NCBI GenBank assembly: GCA_964413715.1
Contig: CAYPSN010000004.1
Span: forward strand, 7,501 to 71,500
Origin: an uncultured Candidatus Saccharibacteria bacterium
Lineage (GTDB): Bacteria; Patescibacteriota; Saccharimonadia; CAILAD01; JADZBC01
Direction: 5' to 3'
Length of the DNA: 64,000 nt
The notes under the pieces are model-generated. The model saw only the letters and a list, made by a program, of their open reading frames with translations, was not told where the DNA came from and ran no database searches. Each line of letters starts with the position of its first letter. Position 1 is the first letter of the stretch. Made by a program: the position numbers and the translations under genes. Shown here piece by piece: positions 9,201-18,443 of the stretch.

Positions 9201-11474
9201 GCGCTTGATAGCGGTTCTACTTCCGCTCACTTGCTTGGATTTACGGGCATACCGGTCGCAGGCACCTATACATTTACTATTCAGGCGCAGGATGAAAGAG
9301 GGAACGGCATAGGAGGTACAGATACTCAGGAATACACCATTGTAGTACCATCTTTACCAAACATTAACATCACAACTACGACACTAGACAATGGTCGAGT
9401 AGGTATACCGTACAATAAGACTATTACCTACGAATGGTATGTGGATCAGCCCACCTTCTCTGTCATATCAGGCTCTTTACCCGATGGCATTTCCCTCACC
9501 CTCAATGGTTACCTTCAGGGTACCCCTACGCAAGTCGGTACTTACACATTCACAGTTCAGGCTGATGACGGTTTTAGCTCTGACACTCAAGAACTAACCT
9601 TAATCGTTGACCCCGCCCCTCCTGCAATCGTAAATACACCTTTCGTCACCATTACCTCACCATCATCTGGTGCTACCTTCACTGGAGGAACCAGTGTCAT
9701 AACAGGTACTGGTCCTGCTAACCAAACCATTGCCTTATTCGTAGACAGCAAGCAGATAGGCACAACCACTGCTAACTCACAGGGTATATGGAGCTACACG
9801 GCCCAAAATATTGCCACAGGCGAGCATACTCTAGATGCCAAATGGATTCCTGGATCAGAGATAATGTTTATTCCCGGCCTCGACCCCTCGGGGGACTTTG
9901 ATGTGCTGAAGGTGATTGACAGCGGCTCCGGAGCGATCGTTAAGACAATTACTCTTAATAACAATGGTTTTATCCCAATCAGTGCAACCTTGGCTAAAGA
10001 TGGTGGCAGTGTATTGGTTTCCGGCCTCAATCAATATTCGGGCAAAGCCGGCATTAAGAATGTTCGGCTAAGTGACATGTCGATAACTACCCTGGAATCA
10101 AATCAAGTAGGAAGAGTCTTCGAAGATGTCGTATTGTCTCCGAATGGTGATATCGGTTACGTCGTCGATGCGTCAATATTTAGTTTATCGGCTCAACTTA
10201 GGAAGTTTGACGTTAGTACTATGACGTTGGATGCCAGCTACGTTGATTTAGGCGACAAATTTAATGCCTCAACGTTGGTGGGCAATGGTCACTTCATTGT
10301 CTTGTCGGACGATGGAACGCAGCTAGCAGTAGCCAATACGGCAGGCGGAGCTAGTTTCACCGTGGTTAACACTAGTGATTTCTCAAGTCAGACAACCCCG
10401 CCAATTAGCCCCCAGGTAGGAGGGAATGGTGTAGTAATCACTGGATTTGATAGAAAAGGCAATACAGCTGTATTGTCACTTATGGACACTTTGGGTCCGT
10501 CGAATAACTACCTGACAGAAACTTCGAGAGTATTTGTCGTAAATACCGACACTCAAGCCGTGACAAGTATACCGACAGCTGGATCTGTCTGGCTGAGTCT
10601 ACACATACTAGGAAATGGTGCAACGTATTTGCAGGGTTTTGACAGTAATAATGCTATTGTTGGCAGACTCAATTCGGACAACGTCCTTACATCTACATCG
10701 GTTCCATTTGGTGATGTGGGTGCTTATGGCGGGTCGAGCCTTCGCTACCTCATTGGTTCCAATGCGTCTCAAGACAAACTGTATACGGCTCTAAGTGATT
10801 CTGATGGAGGTGGTGTGTATGCGAATGTTGTTGAGTGGAACATTACAGGGGCGACTCCTGCATTCGCTAAGCTAATTCGTTTGTCGGGCGTGGCGTCTTA
10901 TGCTGCAGGTTTTGACTTCCTTGGCAGCATTGTGCCGCCAAAAGACAGCATTACCTTTACAGTTCCCGGCTTGCCCAATGAAGATTGTACCAAGACCAAC
11001 ACCTGTGCATGTCAGCAATTAGGCACTTGCCCCAAGCCATGTGGCAGTGTTGGCGGAACTTGCCCTGTATCATGTACCGCTACCAACTCTTGTCCAGTCA
11101 CTACGACGACCGGCGGAAACACGACTATACCTAATATAATAAAGACACCGTTCCCATCTGATGCTGCGCCTACCACGAGTAGACTTGGTTGGTTTGATCG
11201 CAGCGTGTTGTCACTTGCACGCTTTATTCCTGAACAAGCTGCGATTGGCTTCCCATACCTGCTCTTTATCCTTCTGCTTATCTTTGCCTTATCTCTCTAC
11301 TATCAAAGTAGTAATGAGATCCGTAAAGATGCCTTAAACAAACAATTCCTCGCTAAACGTAAATCTATTCGTGCCCAGCAAGACAACTTCATAGCCCTGG
11401 CCTCACACTACATTAACACCCCCATCACCATCATCCAGGGTGGAGTAGAGAATGAGGGGAGGAAATCGAAATGA
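6288..11474 (+). CDS. Giant (1728 aa) two-TM cell-surface protein. Architecture: N-terminal signal-anchor TM, NHL-repeat beta-propellers, several Ig-like (He_PIG/cadherin-like) domains, a further propeller-like region, a Cys/Pro-rich stalk, a C-terminal TM, and a cytoplasmic tail bearing a HisKA H-box-like helix.
   Basis: TM1 'AVFILLGLISIQTVAGGLLWY'. NHL repeats such as 'VVDTQNNRIQTFTLSGEYVGQWGSAGSGNGQFNTP' and 'YVGDTANNRVQKFDAAGLY'. Ig-like 'SGSLPAGLSLNSSTGAITGTPTTAGTYSFTVQAAD'. Stalk 'CTKTNTCACQQLGTCPKPCGSVGGTCPVSCTATNSCP'. TM2 'FPYLLFILLLIFALSLYY'. Tail 'QDNFIALASHYINTPITIIQGG' compares closely with PhoR '[22 protein letters not shown]'. Confidence 0.8.
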   Translation: MADKAKTLLQKLHLKPSTTLKVSKSAVFILLGLISIQTVAGGLLWYAKKIRASGGIVQTSTLVASIPGSNGAAFGNSVTVDASGNKYVMEWFSGIIHKYNSSGVQLVQWGGRSSNFLNEYVQGQFYTGEWSYAIAASPSGDIYATNVDHIERFTNTGTSVTSWILPDGYRTMGGITVDSLGNVYVAAGPNIQDQQFAPNQIMKFGPNGGATLARWGSTGSGDGQFFNSNLSLASLQLATDSSNNVYVVDSGNYRVQKFNSTGNYIAQWGSQGSNGNQFLGPFGIVVTADNNVYVQDVDQNIAGAQTLKKFTSSGQFLAQAALPSSQSSLLYALASDGGKYFVATILEPIDGNTSVAKLIRLQDTLSIEITANSLPNGAVGQAYSQQINVADAQGDVAYTTTSGSLPAGLSLNSSTGAITGTPTTAGTYSFTVQAADNEASDTQAFVIVVDAVGRQVTTLQVTATNEDSVTMKGTTNLPSDVLQAGFQYGLDTNYGSSLSYDPGNNFQNSFSYERQAGGYGSGNGQMNQPLDVATDALGKVYVVDTQNNRIQTFTLSGEYVGQWGSAGSGNGQFNTPTHVTVGQNGNIYVLDYGNQRVQVFDSSGAYIAQWGGYGSGNGQFINPQGGIDTDSQGNVYVGDTANNRVQKFDAAGLYLGQWAVTNPKGLAVNSVDSVYVSQGGYNTIRKFSSTGTPQGVIGGTGGGLYGAGSANGEFDGVYGIDIDLDTNRIFAADEGNSRVQVLDADGVYIAKFGAAGAGNGQFGNERLEVAVAPDGTVFVSDAANDRVQKFAGPIQVFTNGLTCNTTYHYRAFATDTNGTVYGNDAAFTTNACPDVPINITNLTLQDGMELVEYQDLINVENATGPVGYYVTSGDLPPGLSLNATTGYINGTPTTAGTYNFDVTVSDSNSQDIVNYNLTILNYTPPLEITTAALPDAQLVDYSLTYNEYVYTANNQGNVQFSVVSGSLPPGMALDSGSTSAHLLGFTGIPVAGTYTFTIQAQDERGNGIGGTDTQEYTIVVPSLPNINITTTTLDNGRVGIPYNKTITYEWYVDQPTFSVISGSLPDGISLTLNGYLQGTPTQVGTYTFTVQADDGFSSDTQELTLIVDPAPPAIVNTPFVTITSPSSGATFTGGTSVITGTGPANQTIALFVDSKQIGTTTANSQGIWSYTAQNIATGEHTLDAKWIPGSEIMFIPGLDPSGDFDVLKVIDSGSGAIVKTITLNNNGFIPISATLAKDGGSVLVSGLNQYSGKAGIKNVRLSDMSITTLESNQVGRVFEDVVLSPNGDIGYVVDASIFSLSAQLRKFDVSTMTLDASYVDLGDKFNASTLVGNGHFIVLSDDGTQLAVANTAGGASFTVVNTSDFSSQTTPPISPQVGGNGVVITGFDRKGNTAVLSLMDTLGPSNNYLTETSRVFVVNTDTQAVTSIPTAGSVWLSLHILGNGATYLQGFDSNNAIVGRLNSDNVLTSTSVPFGDVGAYGGSSLRYLIGSNASQDKLYTALSDSDGGGVYANVVEWNITGATPAFAKLIRLSGVASYAAGFDFLGSIVPPKDSITFTVPGLPNEDCTKTNTCACQQLGTCPKPCGSVGGTCPVSCTATNSCPVTTTTGGNTTIPNIIKTPFPSDAAPTTSRLGWFDRSVLSLARFIPEQAAIGFPYLLFILLLIFALSLYYQSSNEIRKDALNKQFLAKRKSIRAQQDNFIALASHYINTPITIIQGGVENEGRKSK

Positions 11475-11755
11475 CCCTTATGCTCGCTCACATAGCTATG
11501 GTGGAGTACACTCTAGGCAGGAGTAGTATCATGAAGTTAAGAATCTTAACCCTGGCTTTATTGTTAGCGGCCTATGGCTATTACCTGCAAGGCACAAAAG
11601 CAGCAATTGACAGTCAAATAAGTAAAATTTCTGCTATGTATTCGCAGGCTGCAATGTTTTCGCCTGCGACCGGCCAAGTCGATGAAAATGCGGATGTGAG
11701 TATAAAAAGTGATCATTCTCTTTCAGGTGTATATAGGGAGGATGTAGGGCGATGA
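11471..11755 (+). CDS. Small hypothetical protein with an N-terminal hydrophobic segment. Possibly the remnant of the kinase gene that follows the paralog.
   Basis: ATGA overlap with the giant gene stop and with the HIT gene start. 'MKLRILTLALLLAAYGYY' is hydrophobic. Its 5' nucleotides loosely align with the 5' end of 33450..34721. Confidence 0.3.
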   Translation: MTLMLAHIAMVEYTLGRSSIMKLRILTLALLLAAYGYYLQGTKAAIDSQISKISAMYSQAAMFSPATGQVDENADVSIKSDHSLSGVYREDVGR

Positions 11756-12171
11756 GTCAAAGTATTTTTTCACGCATAATTAGCGGTGAAGAGCCGGGCG
11801 AAATAGTGTACGAAGACAGTCTGCACGCCATTTTGCTCAGTCGCGCGCCGCAGCGGCCGGGTCATAGTTTGGTTGTGCCGAAACGCGAAGTTACACGGTT
11901 TTATGAAATGGACAGCGAGGCGTATATATCAATGATGCAGCTCGTGCGCGCGTATGCTCAACGACTGAATGAAATTTACAAGCCCAAGGTAGTTGCACTG
12001 GAGGTGATGGGCTTGGGTGTCGATCACGTCCATGTTCACGTCGTGCCAATAGAGGACGAACATGACCTGGATCAGGATAGGGCAAAGTTCGTGGGCTTAG
12101 AAATAATTCGCCCGGAAGGCAAGAAGATCCGTTCATACCTTGCTCAGCACCCGCTTAGAGAGCTACAATAA
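11752..12171 (+). CDS. HIT family (histidine triad) nucleotide hydrolase
   Basis: Histidine triad 'GVDHVHVHVVP' (HxHxHxx), 139 aa. Confidence 0.8.
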   Translation: MSQSIFSRIISGEEPGEIVYEDSLHAILLSRAPQRPGHSLVVPKREVTRFYEMDSEAYISMMQLVRAYAQRLNEIYKPKVVALEVMGLGVDHVHVHVVPIEDEHDLDQDRAKFVGLEIIRPEGKKIRSYLAQHPLRELQ

Positions 12172-12176
12172 CTATT

Positions 12177-12962
12177 ATGCTTATCGTTCTATTACTTTCC
12201 GTCGTGCAGGGGATTAGTGAATTTTTGCCTATCTCGTCTTCTGCTCATTTGCTAGTTGTGCCTTGGCTTTTTAACCTACAAGATTTAGGCCTTACATTCG
12301 ATGCAGCCATTCACATCGGTACAGCAATAGCGCTTTTATTATTTTTCTACAAAGATTTCTGGCGACTTGTTAAGGAGAAAAACCCCTTGCTCTGGTACAT
12401 TGTAGTGGCTTCGGTGCCGGCAGCACTCTTTGGATTCCTCGGTGATAAATGGATTGAATCTGTCTTGCACGAAAGCTCGATAGCACCGCTTGTGGTTGGT
12501 TTGGGCATGATTTTGTTCAGCTTTTTGCTGCTTTACATCGACAACACGGCCAAGCTAGAGCACACAAGCAAAGACATAACGCTCAAGGATACGTTAATCA
12601 TTGGGTTTGCACAGGCTTTAGCATTGATTCCGGGTACATCACGATCAGGAATTACTATGACTGCCGGATTATGGCGCGGGCTAAAGCGCGAAGATGCTGC
12701 ACGGTTTAGCTTCTTGCTGGCTGCACCAATTAGCCTCGGCGCAGGACTATATAAAACCCTTGGATTGGTTAAAAATCCTAACCCAGATCTGTCTATTTTA
12801 CAGCTTGTGGTTGGCATCGTCGCGTCCTGCTTGGTGGGCTTGGCTGTCATACGGTGGCTGATACGCTATGTTGGTTCACATAATTTGCGTCTTTTTGTGG
12901 TTTATCGGGTAGCATTTGGCGTAATCGTGATCGCCATATGGCTATGGCGGGCTGTTCTATGA
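12177..12962 (+). CDS. uppP: Undecaprenyl-diphosphate phosphatase
   Basis: N-terminal 'GISEFLPISSSAHL' is the UppP/BacA signature. Polytopic, 261 aa. Confidence 0.85.
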   Translation: MLIVLLLSVVQGISEFLPISSSAHLLVVPWLFNLQDLGLTFDAAIHIGTAIALLLFFYKDFWRLVKEKNPLLWYIVVASVPAALFGFLGDKWIESVLHESSIAPLVVGLGMILFSFLLLYIDNTAKLEHTSKDITLKDTLIIGFAQALALIPGTSRSGITMTAGLWRGLKREDAARFSFLLAAPISLGAGLYKTLGLVKNPNPDLSILQLVVGIVASCLVGLAVIRWLIRYVGSHNLRLFVVYRVAFGVIVIAIWLWRAVL

Positions 12963-13378
12963 AGCTACCAGCCGAAATTAAGGTTTTTTGCGACGGTGGT
13001 TCACGCGGTAATCCAGGACCAGCAGCAGCAGGCGTAGTAATAACTACAACAGATGATAAAGTCTTGCTCGAAGTAAATAAATACTTAGGTATACGTACAA
13101 ATAATTACGCAGAGTATCAAGCGGTTATATTGGCGCTTGAGACAATTTTCGAGCATGGAGTCGAGCAGGCTAATTTTTACCTGGACAGCGAGCTGGTTAC
13201 GAAGCAGCTCAACGGCGAATACCGCGTGAAGCACCCCGACATGCAGCCACTTTACCTTCGGGTGCAAGAGCTTGTGGGCGTGGTGGGGGCTCACAAAGTG
13301 CGTTTTGTCCACGTGCGTAGAGAGTTTAATAAGCTCGCCGATGCACAGGTCAATAAGTGTCTCGACGAGCAGATTTAG
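12959..13378 (+). CDS. rnhA: Ribonuclease HI
   Basis: 'IKVFCDGGSRGNPGPAAAGVVI...NNYAEYQAVILAL' carries the RNase H catalytic D/E motifs. The start is chosen at the ATG overlapping the uppP stop (ATGA). Confidence 0.8.
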   Translation: MKLPAEIKVFCDGGSRGNPGPAAAGVVITTTDDKVLLEVNKYLGIRTNNYAEYQAVILALETIFEHGVEQANFYLDSELVTKQLNGEYRVKHPDMQPLYLRVQELVGVVGAHKVRFVHVRREFNKLADAQVNKCLDEQI

Positions 13379-13381
13379 ACG

Positions 13382-13410
13382 TCGACAAATAGGCCATATT
13401 ATGGTAGAAT
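13382..13410 (+). promoter_or_regulatory. Putative promoter of RNase P RNA: -35 TCGACA, 17 nt spacer, extended -10 TGgTAGAAT
   Basis: tcgaca at 13382-13387; tggtagaat at 13402-13410. Confidence 0.4.
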
Positions 13411-13417
13411 ATTGATC

Positions 13418-13850
13418 TAGCTAGTTAATGTGCGATCGCTCCCTTCCGAGGGAGAGGAAAGTCCGAACAGCATAGAGCAGAGTGGTTGCTAACGGCAACC
13501 GGGGGCAACCCTAGGGAAAGTGCCACAGAGACAATACCGCCCCTCACCATTTTGTATAGTTACTGGTTATAGACTTGTTCTGAGCGTAAGTGTATGAAAT
13601 GGTGAGGGGTAAGGGTGAAAAGAGTGCGGTAAAAGCGCACAGCATGCGTGGGTGACCACGTGTGGAGGTAAACCCCACTTGCTGCAAGACTATGGGCCCA
13701 GCCATTTGGCAGAGCTGCTCGCTCTTTATGGGTTTGTCGCACGATCTGCCTTTACCGGCAGACGCGGGCGTTGTTATGACGCATGAGATAGATGATCGCT
13801 AGCTTCTTTATCGAAGCAAAACAGAATTCGGCTTATACGTTATCTAGCTA
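13418..13850 (+). ncRNA. rnpB: RNase P RNA (bacterial type)
   Basis: 5' P4 strand 'GAGGAAAGTCCGaac' at about 13454-13468. Conserved core 'CATAGAGCAGAGTGGTTGCTAACGGCAACCGGGGGCAACCCTAGGGAAAGTGCCACAGAGACAATACCGCC' (compare E. coli M1 'CAUAGGGCAGGUGCCAGGUAACGCCUGGGGGGGAAACCCACGACCAGUGCAACAGAGAGCAAACCGCC'). 3' P4 strand 'ACAGAATTCGGCTTAT' at 13821-13836 pairs with the 5' strand and leaves the conserved bulged U. No protein ORF is present; the minus-strand ORF 13560..13742 is spurious. Confidence 0.85.
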
Positions 13851-13857
13851 GGCAAAG

Positions 13858-13890
13858 TGCCCAACCCTAATAGGAGTGTTGGGCTTTTTG
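13858..13890 (+). terminator. Rho-independent terminator after rnpB
   Basis: 'gcccaac cctaataggagt gttgggc ttttt'. Confidence 0.6.
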
Positions 13891-13918
13891 TATGCTAGAA
13901 TAGAGCAAGAAGCAACTA

Positions 13919-15327
13919 TGAAAAAACACAGCGAACTCGCTTTTAGTTTAATACTCGTGCCGATTGATTATCTTATGATGATTCTTGGCTTTGTTGCAGC
14001 GTATTTTTATCGAGCCGGCAGCTCTAAGCCGCTTGCCTATAACATTGGTGGCTATACGTACTTAAAATACATCCTCATTTTGCTGCCAATCTGGGTGTTG
14101 ATCTTTGCAATTTTGGGCTTATACTCGCTCGAAAGTACCCGTCGTCGTATTGATGAGATTGTGAAGGTCTTCATAGCAAGCGCCTGCAGCGTAATGGCCT
14201 TGGTAGTCTTGGACTTTTTCAATGCTCAGCCACTTTTTCCTTCGAAAAGTATCGTAATTTATGGCTTTGCCTTTTCCGTCGTGTTAGTTGTGGCGGCACG
14301 TTTGCTGGTAAGTGCCATTCAGCGACTGCTGTTTAACTACGGCATTGGTGTGCACCAGGCATTAGTTGTTGGTCCTCAGAAGGTGGTTGCCAATCTGAAA
14401 AACGGTCTTGGTAAGGGCTTTGCGCTCGTTAATGACCAGGTTGACATTGGGGACTACCGCAGTGTTGATGTAGAACAGCTTAAAAAAATCCAAGCCCAAC
14501 ATCATCTCGATGAGCTGATCCATGTACAAACGGGCGGTAATAGAGACGTTGAGATAATTGGTTTTTGTGAGAGTCGACAAATTGCCTATCGATTTGTGCC
14601 GAGCATTGTAGGCTTGTTGAATGCTAACGTCCAAACATCGCTTTACGGCGGGGTTCCAGTGCTGGAGATACGTACAACTCCACTAGAAGGTTGGGGTAGA
14701 ATTGTAAAAAGAATAATTGATGTGATTATTGCAACGTTTGGCCTCATTGTACTGAGTCCGCTGTTTGCCGTACTCGCTATTTTAACCAAGATAATCGATC
14801 CGGGTCCAATTTTTTACCCTCATCGACGCTTAGCTCGCAATGGTAAAAAGATTAACATTTATAAGTTCCGTTCTATGAAGGCTGAGTATTCGGATGGTGG
14901 AAAGTTTGCCCACAAGAGCCCTGAAGAAATTTTGGCAAGCTTTGGTGATCCAAAGATTGTCGAGGAGTTTCGTAAGACGCAGAAAGTTAAGAATGACCCA
15001 AGGGTTAGTGTAATTGGTAAGTTTACGCGCAAAACCAGCATTGATGAATTACCGCAGCTGTTCAATGTGCTTAAAGGTGATTTAAGCTTAGTCGGCCCGA
15101 GGCCAATTATCGAGGCGGAGCTCGAACGATATGGAGAAATGGGCGGCAAGTTTTTGCACGTTAAACCTGGTTTAACCGGCCTCTGGCAGGTCTCTGGTCG
15201 TAATGATGTGGGTTACAAGGAGCGGGTTGAGCTTGATATATATTATGTAGAAAACTGGAGCTTATGGCTGGACTTGGTGATTTTATGGCGAACAATTGGG
15301 GTGGTGGTACGTGGCCGGGGCTACTAA
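13919..15327 (+). CDS. Polyprenyl-phosphate sugar phosphotransferase (WbaP/EPS 'bacterial sugar transferase' family), the initiating enzyme of a glycan pathway
   Basis: N-terminal TM helices plus the C-terminal signature 'DELPQLFNVLKGDLSLVGPRP'. The start is taken at ATG 13919 because the 13876 ATG lies inside the rnpB terminator. Confidence 0.8.
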
Positions 15328-16429
15328 AAAAATCCGTGTAGCCATTGTGCACGATTGGCTCACCAACATCGGTGGGGCCGAAAGAGTCGTGGAGTCGCTC
15401 CTAAAGGCGTATCCAGATGCAGACCTGTACACGAGCGTCTATAATGAGGAAAAATTACCGCAGTTTAAAGGTAAAGTAAGGACATCTTTCTTGCAGCATT
15501 GGCCTTTGGCGAAGCGCAAGCATCAGCTATTTCCTGTACTCAGAACTTTGGCCTTTGAAAGCTTTGATTTTTCTAACTATGACGTGGTTATATCTAGCAG
15601 CAGTGCTGAAGCCAAGGGTATAATAACCCCCACCGAAATTACGCATATTTCCTATATACATACTCCGGTGCGATACTATTGGAGCAATTACGATCAATAC
15701 CTCAAAGACCCTGGTTTTGGTTTACTAAACTCGCTTGTGCGTGCCATTACGCCGTTTTTTGTGCGTAAGATGCGGCGCTGGGACTATGCTGCTGCCCAGC
15801 GACCTGACGTACTTGTGGCAAACTCTCAAACTGTCGCCGAGCGTATTAAAAAATACTACAAGCGGGAGGCAAAAGTTATTTTCCCACCAGTAGACACAAA
15901 GCGTTTTCAACTGCAAAGCGCCAAAGATGGCGACTACTTTTTGGTCGTTTCGCGACTTGTTCCTTATAAACGATTCGATTTAGCAGTCCAGGCTTGTAGT
16001 GAATTAGGGGTGAAGCTTATTGTGGCTGGCACTGGGCCGGAGTTAGCCCGACTGAAAAAGCTAGCTGGCCCAACTATCGAATTTAGGGGTCAGCAGAGCG
16101 ATGAGGAAATTACAGAGTTGTTTGAAGGCTGCAAGGGATTTATATTTCCGGGAGAAGAGGACTTTGGCATTACGCCCGTAGAGGCCATGGCGTGTGGTAA
16201 ACCGGTGATTGCTTATGGTAAAGGTGGCGCTGCAGAGAGTGTAATACACGGCAAGACTGGCGTACATTTTCAAACGCAGACCGTAGCCAGCTTAAAACAA
16301 GCTATCGAGGATTTTAATAGTACTAATTGGGAATCATCTGTCATTCGCAAGAGAGCAGAGGAGTTTAGCGAAGAAAGATTTATTGATGAAATTAAAGCGA
16401 CAGTCGAAGCGCAGCTCAAAAAGCAATAA
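15296..16429 (+). CDS. Glycosyltransferase family 4 (GT-B)
   Basis: 'IRVAIVHDWL' N-terminus and C-terminal 'E..EAMACGKPVIAYGKGGAAE' (E-x7-E region). The exact start is uncertain because of overlap with the upstream gene. Confidence 0.75.
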   Translation: MGWWYVAGATKKIRVAIVHDWLTNIGGAERVVESLLKAYPDADLYTSVYNEEKLPQFKGKVRTSFLQHWPLAKRKHQLFPVLRTLAFESFDFSNYDVVISSSSAEAKGIITPTEITHISYIHTPVRYYWSNYDQYLKDPGFGLLNSLVRAITPFFVRKMRRWDYAAAQRPDVLVANSQTVAERIKKYYKREAKVIFPPVDTKRFQLQSAKDGDYFLVVSRLVPYKRFDLAVQACSELGVKLIVAGTGPELARLKKLAGPTIEFRGQQSDEEITELFEGCKGFIFPGEEDFGITPVEAMACGKPVIAYGKGGAAESVIHGKTGVHFQTQTVASLKQAIEDFNSTNWESSVIRKRAEEFSEERFIDEIKATVEAQLKKQ

Positions 16430-17816
16430 GCTAGGTAAATATCTTCTCGTGGCCGCGCTGTGTCTCGTAGCAGTTGTGATGGGCGGTAAAATTATTAGTT
16501 TTGTTGAGAAAAAAACTACAAAAGCTGCCAATCTAGCAGATATTGTCAGCTATCTAGGAGGCAGCAAGGGTCAAACCCGCACGCTCATACTGTTTAGTAA
16601 CAATGCCGAAATGCGCTATGGCGGCGGTTTTATTGGGTCGGTCGGGTATTTAGAAGCAAAAAGTACTGGTAAAGTTTCGGTCGACCCCATTCATAGTGTC
16701 TATTATTATGACCATCGGCTGCCAATTGATGACAGTAGGCTGGAAGGGGCGACTCCTGAGCTGATTCTGATGCCAAAAATCTATCTGCGTGACAGCGGGG
16801 TTGATTTGGACTGGAAATCTAATGCTCGTCGCGCCGCAAAACTGTTTGAATTGGAGTCAGGAAAGAAAGTTGATAATGTTGTAATGCTTACACCAAATGT
16901 TGTCCGGCAACTCCTTGGCATAACTGGTCCTATCTACTTAAGTGACTATAAATTGACCGTCACTCAAGATAACTTTTTAAGCAAAGTTCAGCTAGAAGTA
17001 GAGAGTGGCACGGATAAGCAGGCCGGCAAAGATCCGAAGACTATTTTAGGAGTATTGGCTAACCAGCTTTTACTTCGGTTGGTTGAATCGGGTAACATTG
17101 CCCAAGCCGATGATTATTACCGTTTGACAAAAAGCATGATTCAACAAAAGCAACTGGCAATTTATAGCAAGAACGGCAGTATGCAGCGCAAGCTGGAAAG
17201 TTTGGATATGGATGGTGGTCTAGCACCGGCAGAGGGAAATTATTTGATGGTAGCCGAAGCTAATATGGGTGTAAACAAAAGTAGCCCATTCATACAACAA
17301 GATGTGTCGCAGAAAGTAATTGTAGATTCTGCAACTGGCAAGGCACGGGTAGAGCTCACAGTTCGGCGACAACACAATGGCCAGTATTTGCATCAGTACG
17401 TTGACCCACATGATGGTCAGACAAAATGGCTGGTGGGTGATAATGCGAGCTTCGTAAAAATAGCCGTGCCCGCTGGATCAAAGGTTATTAGTAGCTCTCA
17501 GGAGCTTTCGCGCCCCAGCTACAACGAATCTGGCAGGACAGTCTATACCTACTTCGCGTCGATCGCGCCCGGACAAGCACATGAGTTTAAGATCTCATAT
17601 AGTTTGCCCTTTCGATATGATGTATCTGGCGATGTTGTAATAAGAGGCATGGTCGAGAAGCCAATCGGTAGTTTTAACCAGAATATTCAGCAGCAGGTTG
17701 AATTTGAGGGGGCGAAGTATGGCGCGAAGCGCGGGAGTTTGGTCCAGGGTGTGCAGCAGGGCGACGCTATTTACGAAGCAGTTTTTGGTCGGTCTAATGG
17801 GCTAAGGGGTTTGTAG
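16383..17816 (+). CDS. Membrane-anchored DUF4012-like protein (family recalled as neighbouring polysaccharide-synthesis genes)
   Basis: Basic N-terminus plus TM 'YLLVAALCLVAVVMGG', then 'LILFSNNAEMRYGGGFIGSVG', which I recall as characteristic of DUF4012. The identification is from memory only. Confidence 0.4.
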   Translation: MMKLKRQSKRSSKSNKLGKYLLVAALCLVAVVMGGKIISFVEKKTTKAANLADIVSYLGGSKGQTRTLILFSNNAEMRYGGGFIGSVGYLEAKSTGKVSVDPIHSVYYYDHRLPIDDSRLEGATPELILMPKIYLRDSGVDLDWKSNARRAAKLFELESGKKVDNVVMLTPNVVRQLLGITGPIYLSDYKLTVTQDNFLSKVQLEVESGTDKQAGKDPKTILGVLANQLLLRLVESGNIAQADDYYRLTKSMIQQKQLAIYSKNGSMQRKLESLDMDGGLAPAEGNYLMVAEANMGVNKSSPFIQQDVSQKVIVDSATGKARVELTVRRQHNGQYLHQYVDPHDGQTKWLVGDNASFVKIAVPAGSKVISSSQELSRPSYNESGRTVYTYFASIAPGQAHEFKISYSLPFRYDVSGDVVIRGMVEKPIGSFNQNIQQQVEFEGAKYGAKRGSLVQGVQQGDAIYEAVFGRSNGLRGL

Positions 17817-17842
17817 TCAGCTAGCGCACTGCATATATAAGC

Positions 17843-17871
17843 AAAAACCTCGGTGAGAACCCGAGGTTTTT
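17843..17871. terminator. Bidirectional terminator between the 16383 gene (+) and rplT (-)
   Basis: 'aaaaacctcgg tgagaac ccgaggttttt'. Confidence 0.6.
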
Positions 17872-17900
17872 GCCACTCATTGCACCATGAGGGAGGAATG

Positions 17901-18245
17901 TTATTTTTCGCTAGCTTTTACGACCGCCGTGAAGGCTTTTGGCTGGTTTACCGCTAGTTCGGCCAGTACTTTACGGTTTAGCTTTACTTGCGCTTTACTG
18001 AGCTGTGAAATGAGCTGAGAATAAGTAATGCCATTTTGCTTGGCAGCGGCGCTGATTCTGGTGATCCAGAGGCTTCGCATGTCGCGCTTAAGGTTACGTC
18101 GATCACGATATTGGTAGGAAAGTGCTTTAAGAACTGCTTCGTGTGCTTTACGGTACGACGAAGTTCGCGCATGGCTCATGCCCTTGGCGGCTTTTAATAC
18201 CTTTTTGTGTCGTTTTCTGGCTGTTACGCCTCGTTTTACTCTCAT
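17901..18245 (-). CDS. rplT: 50S ribosomal protein L20
   Basis: '[47 protein letters not shown]' matches L20. Confidence 0.9.
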   Translation of the reverse strand: MRVKRGVTARKRHKKVLKAAKGMSHARTSSYRKAHEAVLKALSYQYRDRRNLKRDMRSLWITRISAAAKQNGITYSQLISQLSKAQVKLNRKVLAELAVNQPKAFTAVVKASEK

Positions 18246-18248
18246 TTG

Positions 18249-18443
18249 TTATAACCCCAGCATTTTCTTGATGTTTTTACTGTCACCTAAGCTAACCCCG
18301 TGTTCCAGGGTGAATGATCTTTTGCGACTCGCTGACTTAATAGTTAGCTTATGGGCACGAGTAGCTTTACGGCGAAGGATTTTTCCACCACCAGTGACCT
18401 TAACTCGCTTACTCATAGTTTTATTCGTTTTTAGCTTGGGCAT
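18249..18443 (-). CDS. rpmI: 50S ribosomal protein L35
   Basis: 'MPKLKTNKTMSKRVKVTGGGKILRRKATRAHKL', 64 aa. Confidence 0.9.
   Translation of the reverse strand: MPKLKTNKTMSKRVKVTGGGKILRRKATRAHKLTIKSASRKRSFTLEHGVSLGDSKNIKKMLGL

Noticed and set aside
13560-13742. 60 aa minus-strand ORF
   Set aside because: It lies wholly inside the RNase P RNA gene.
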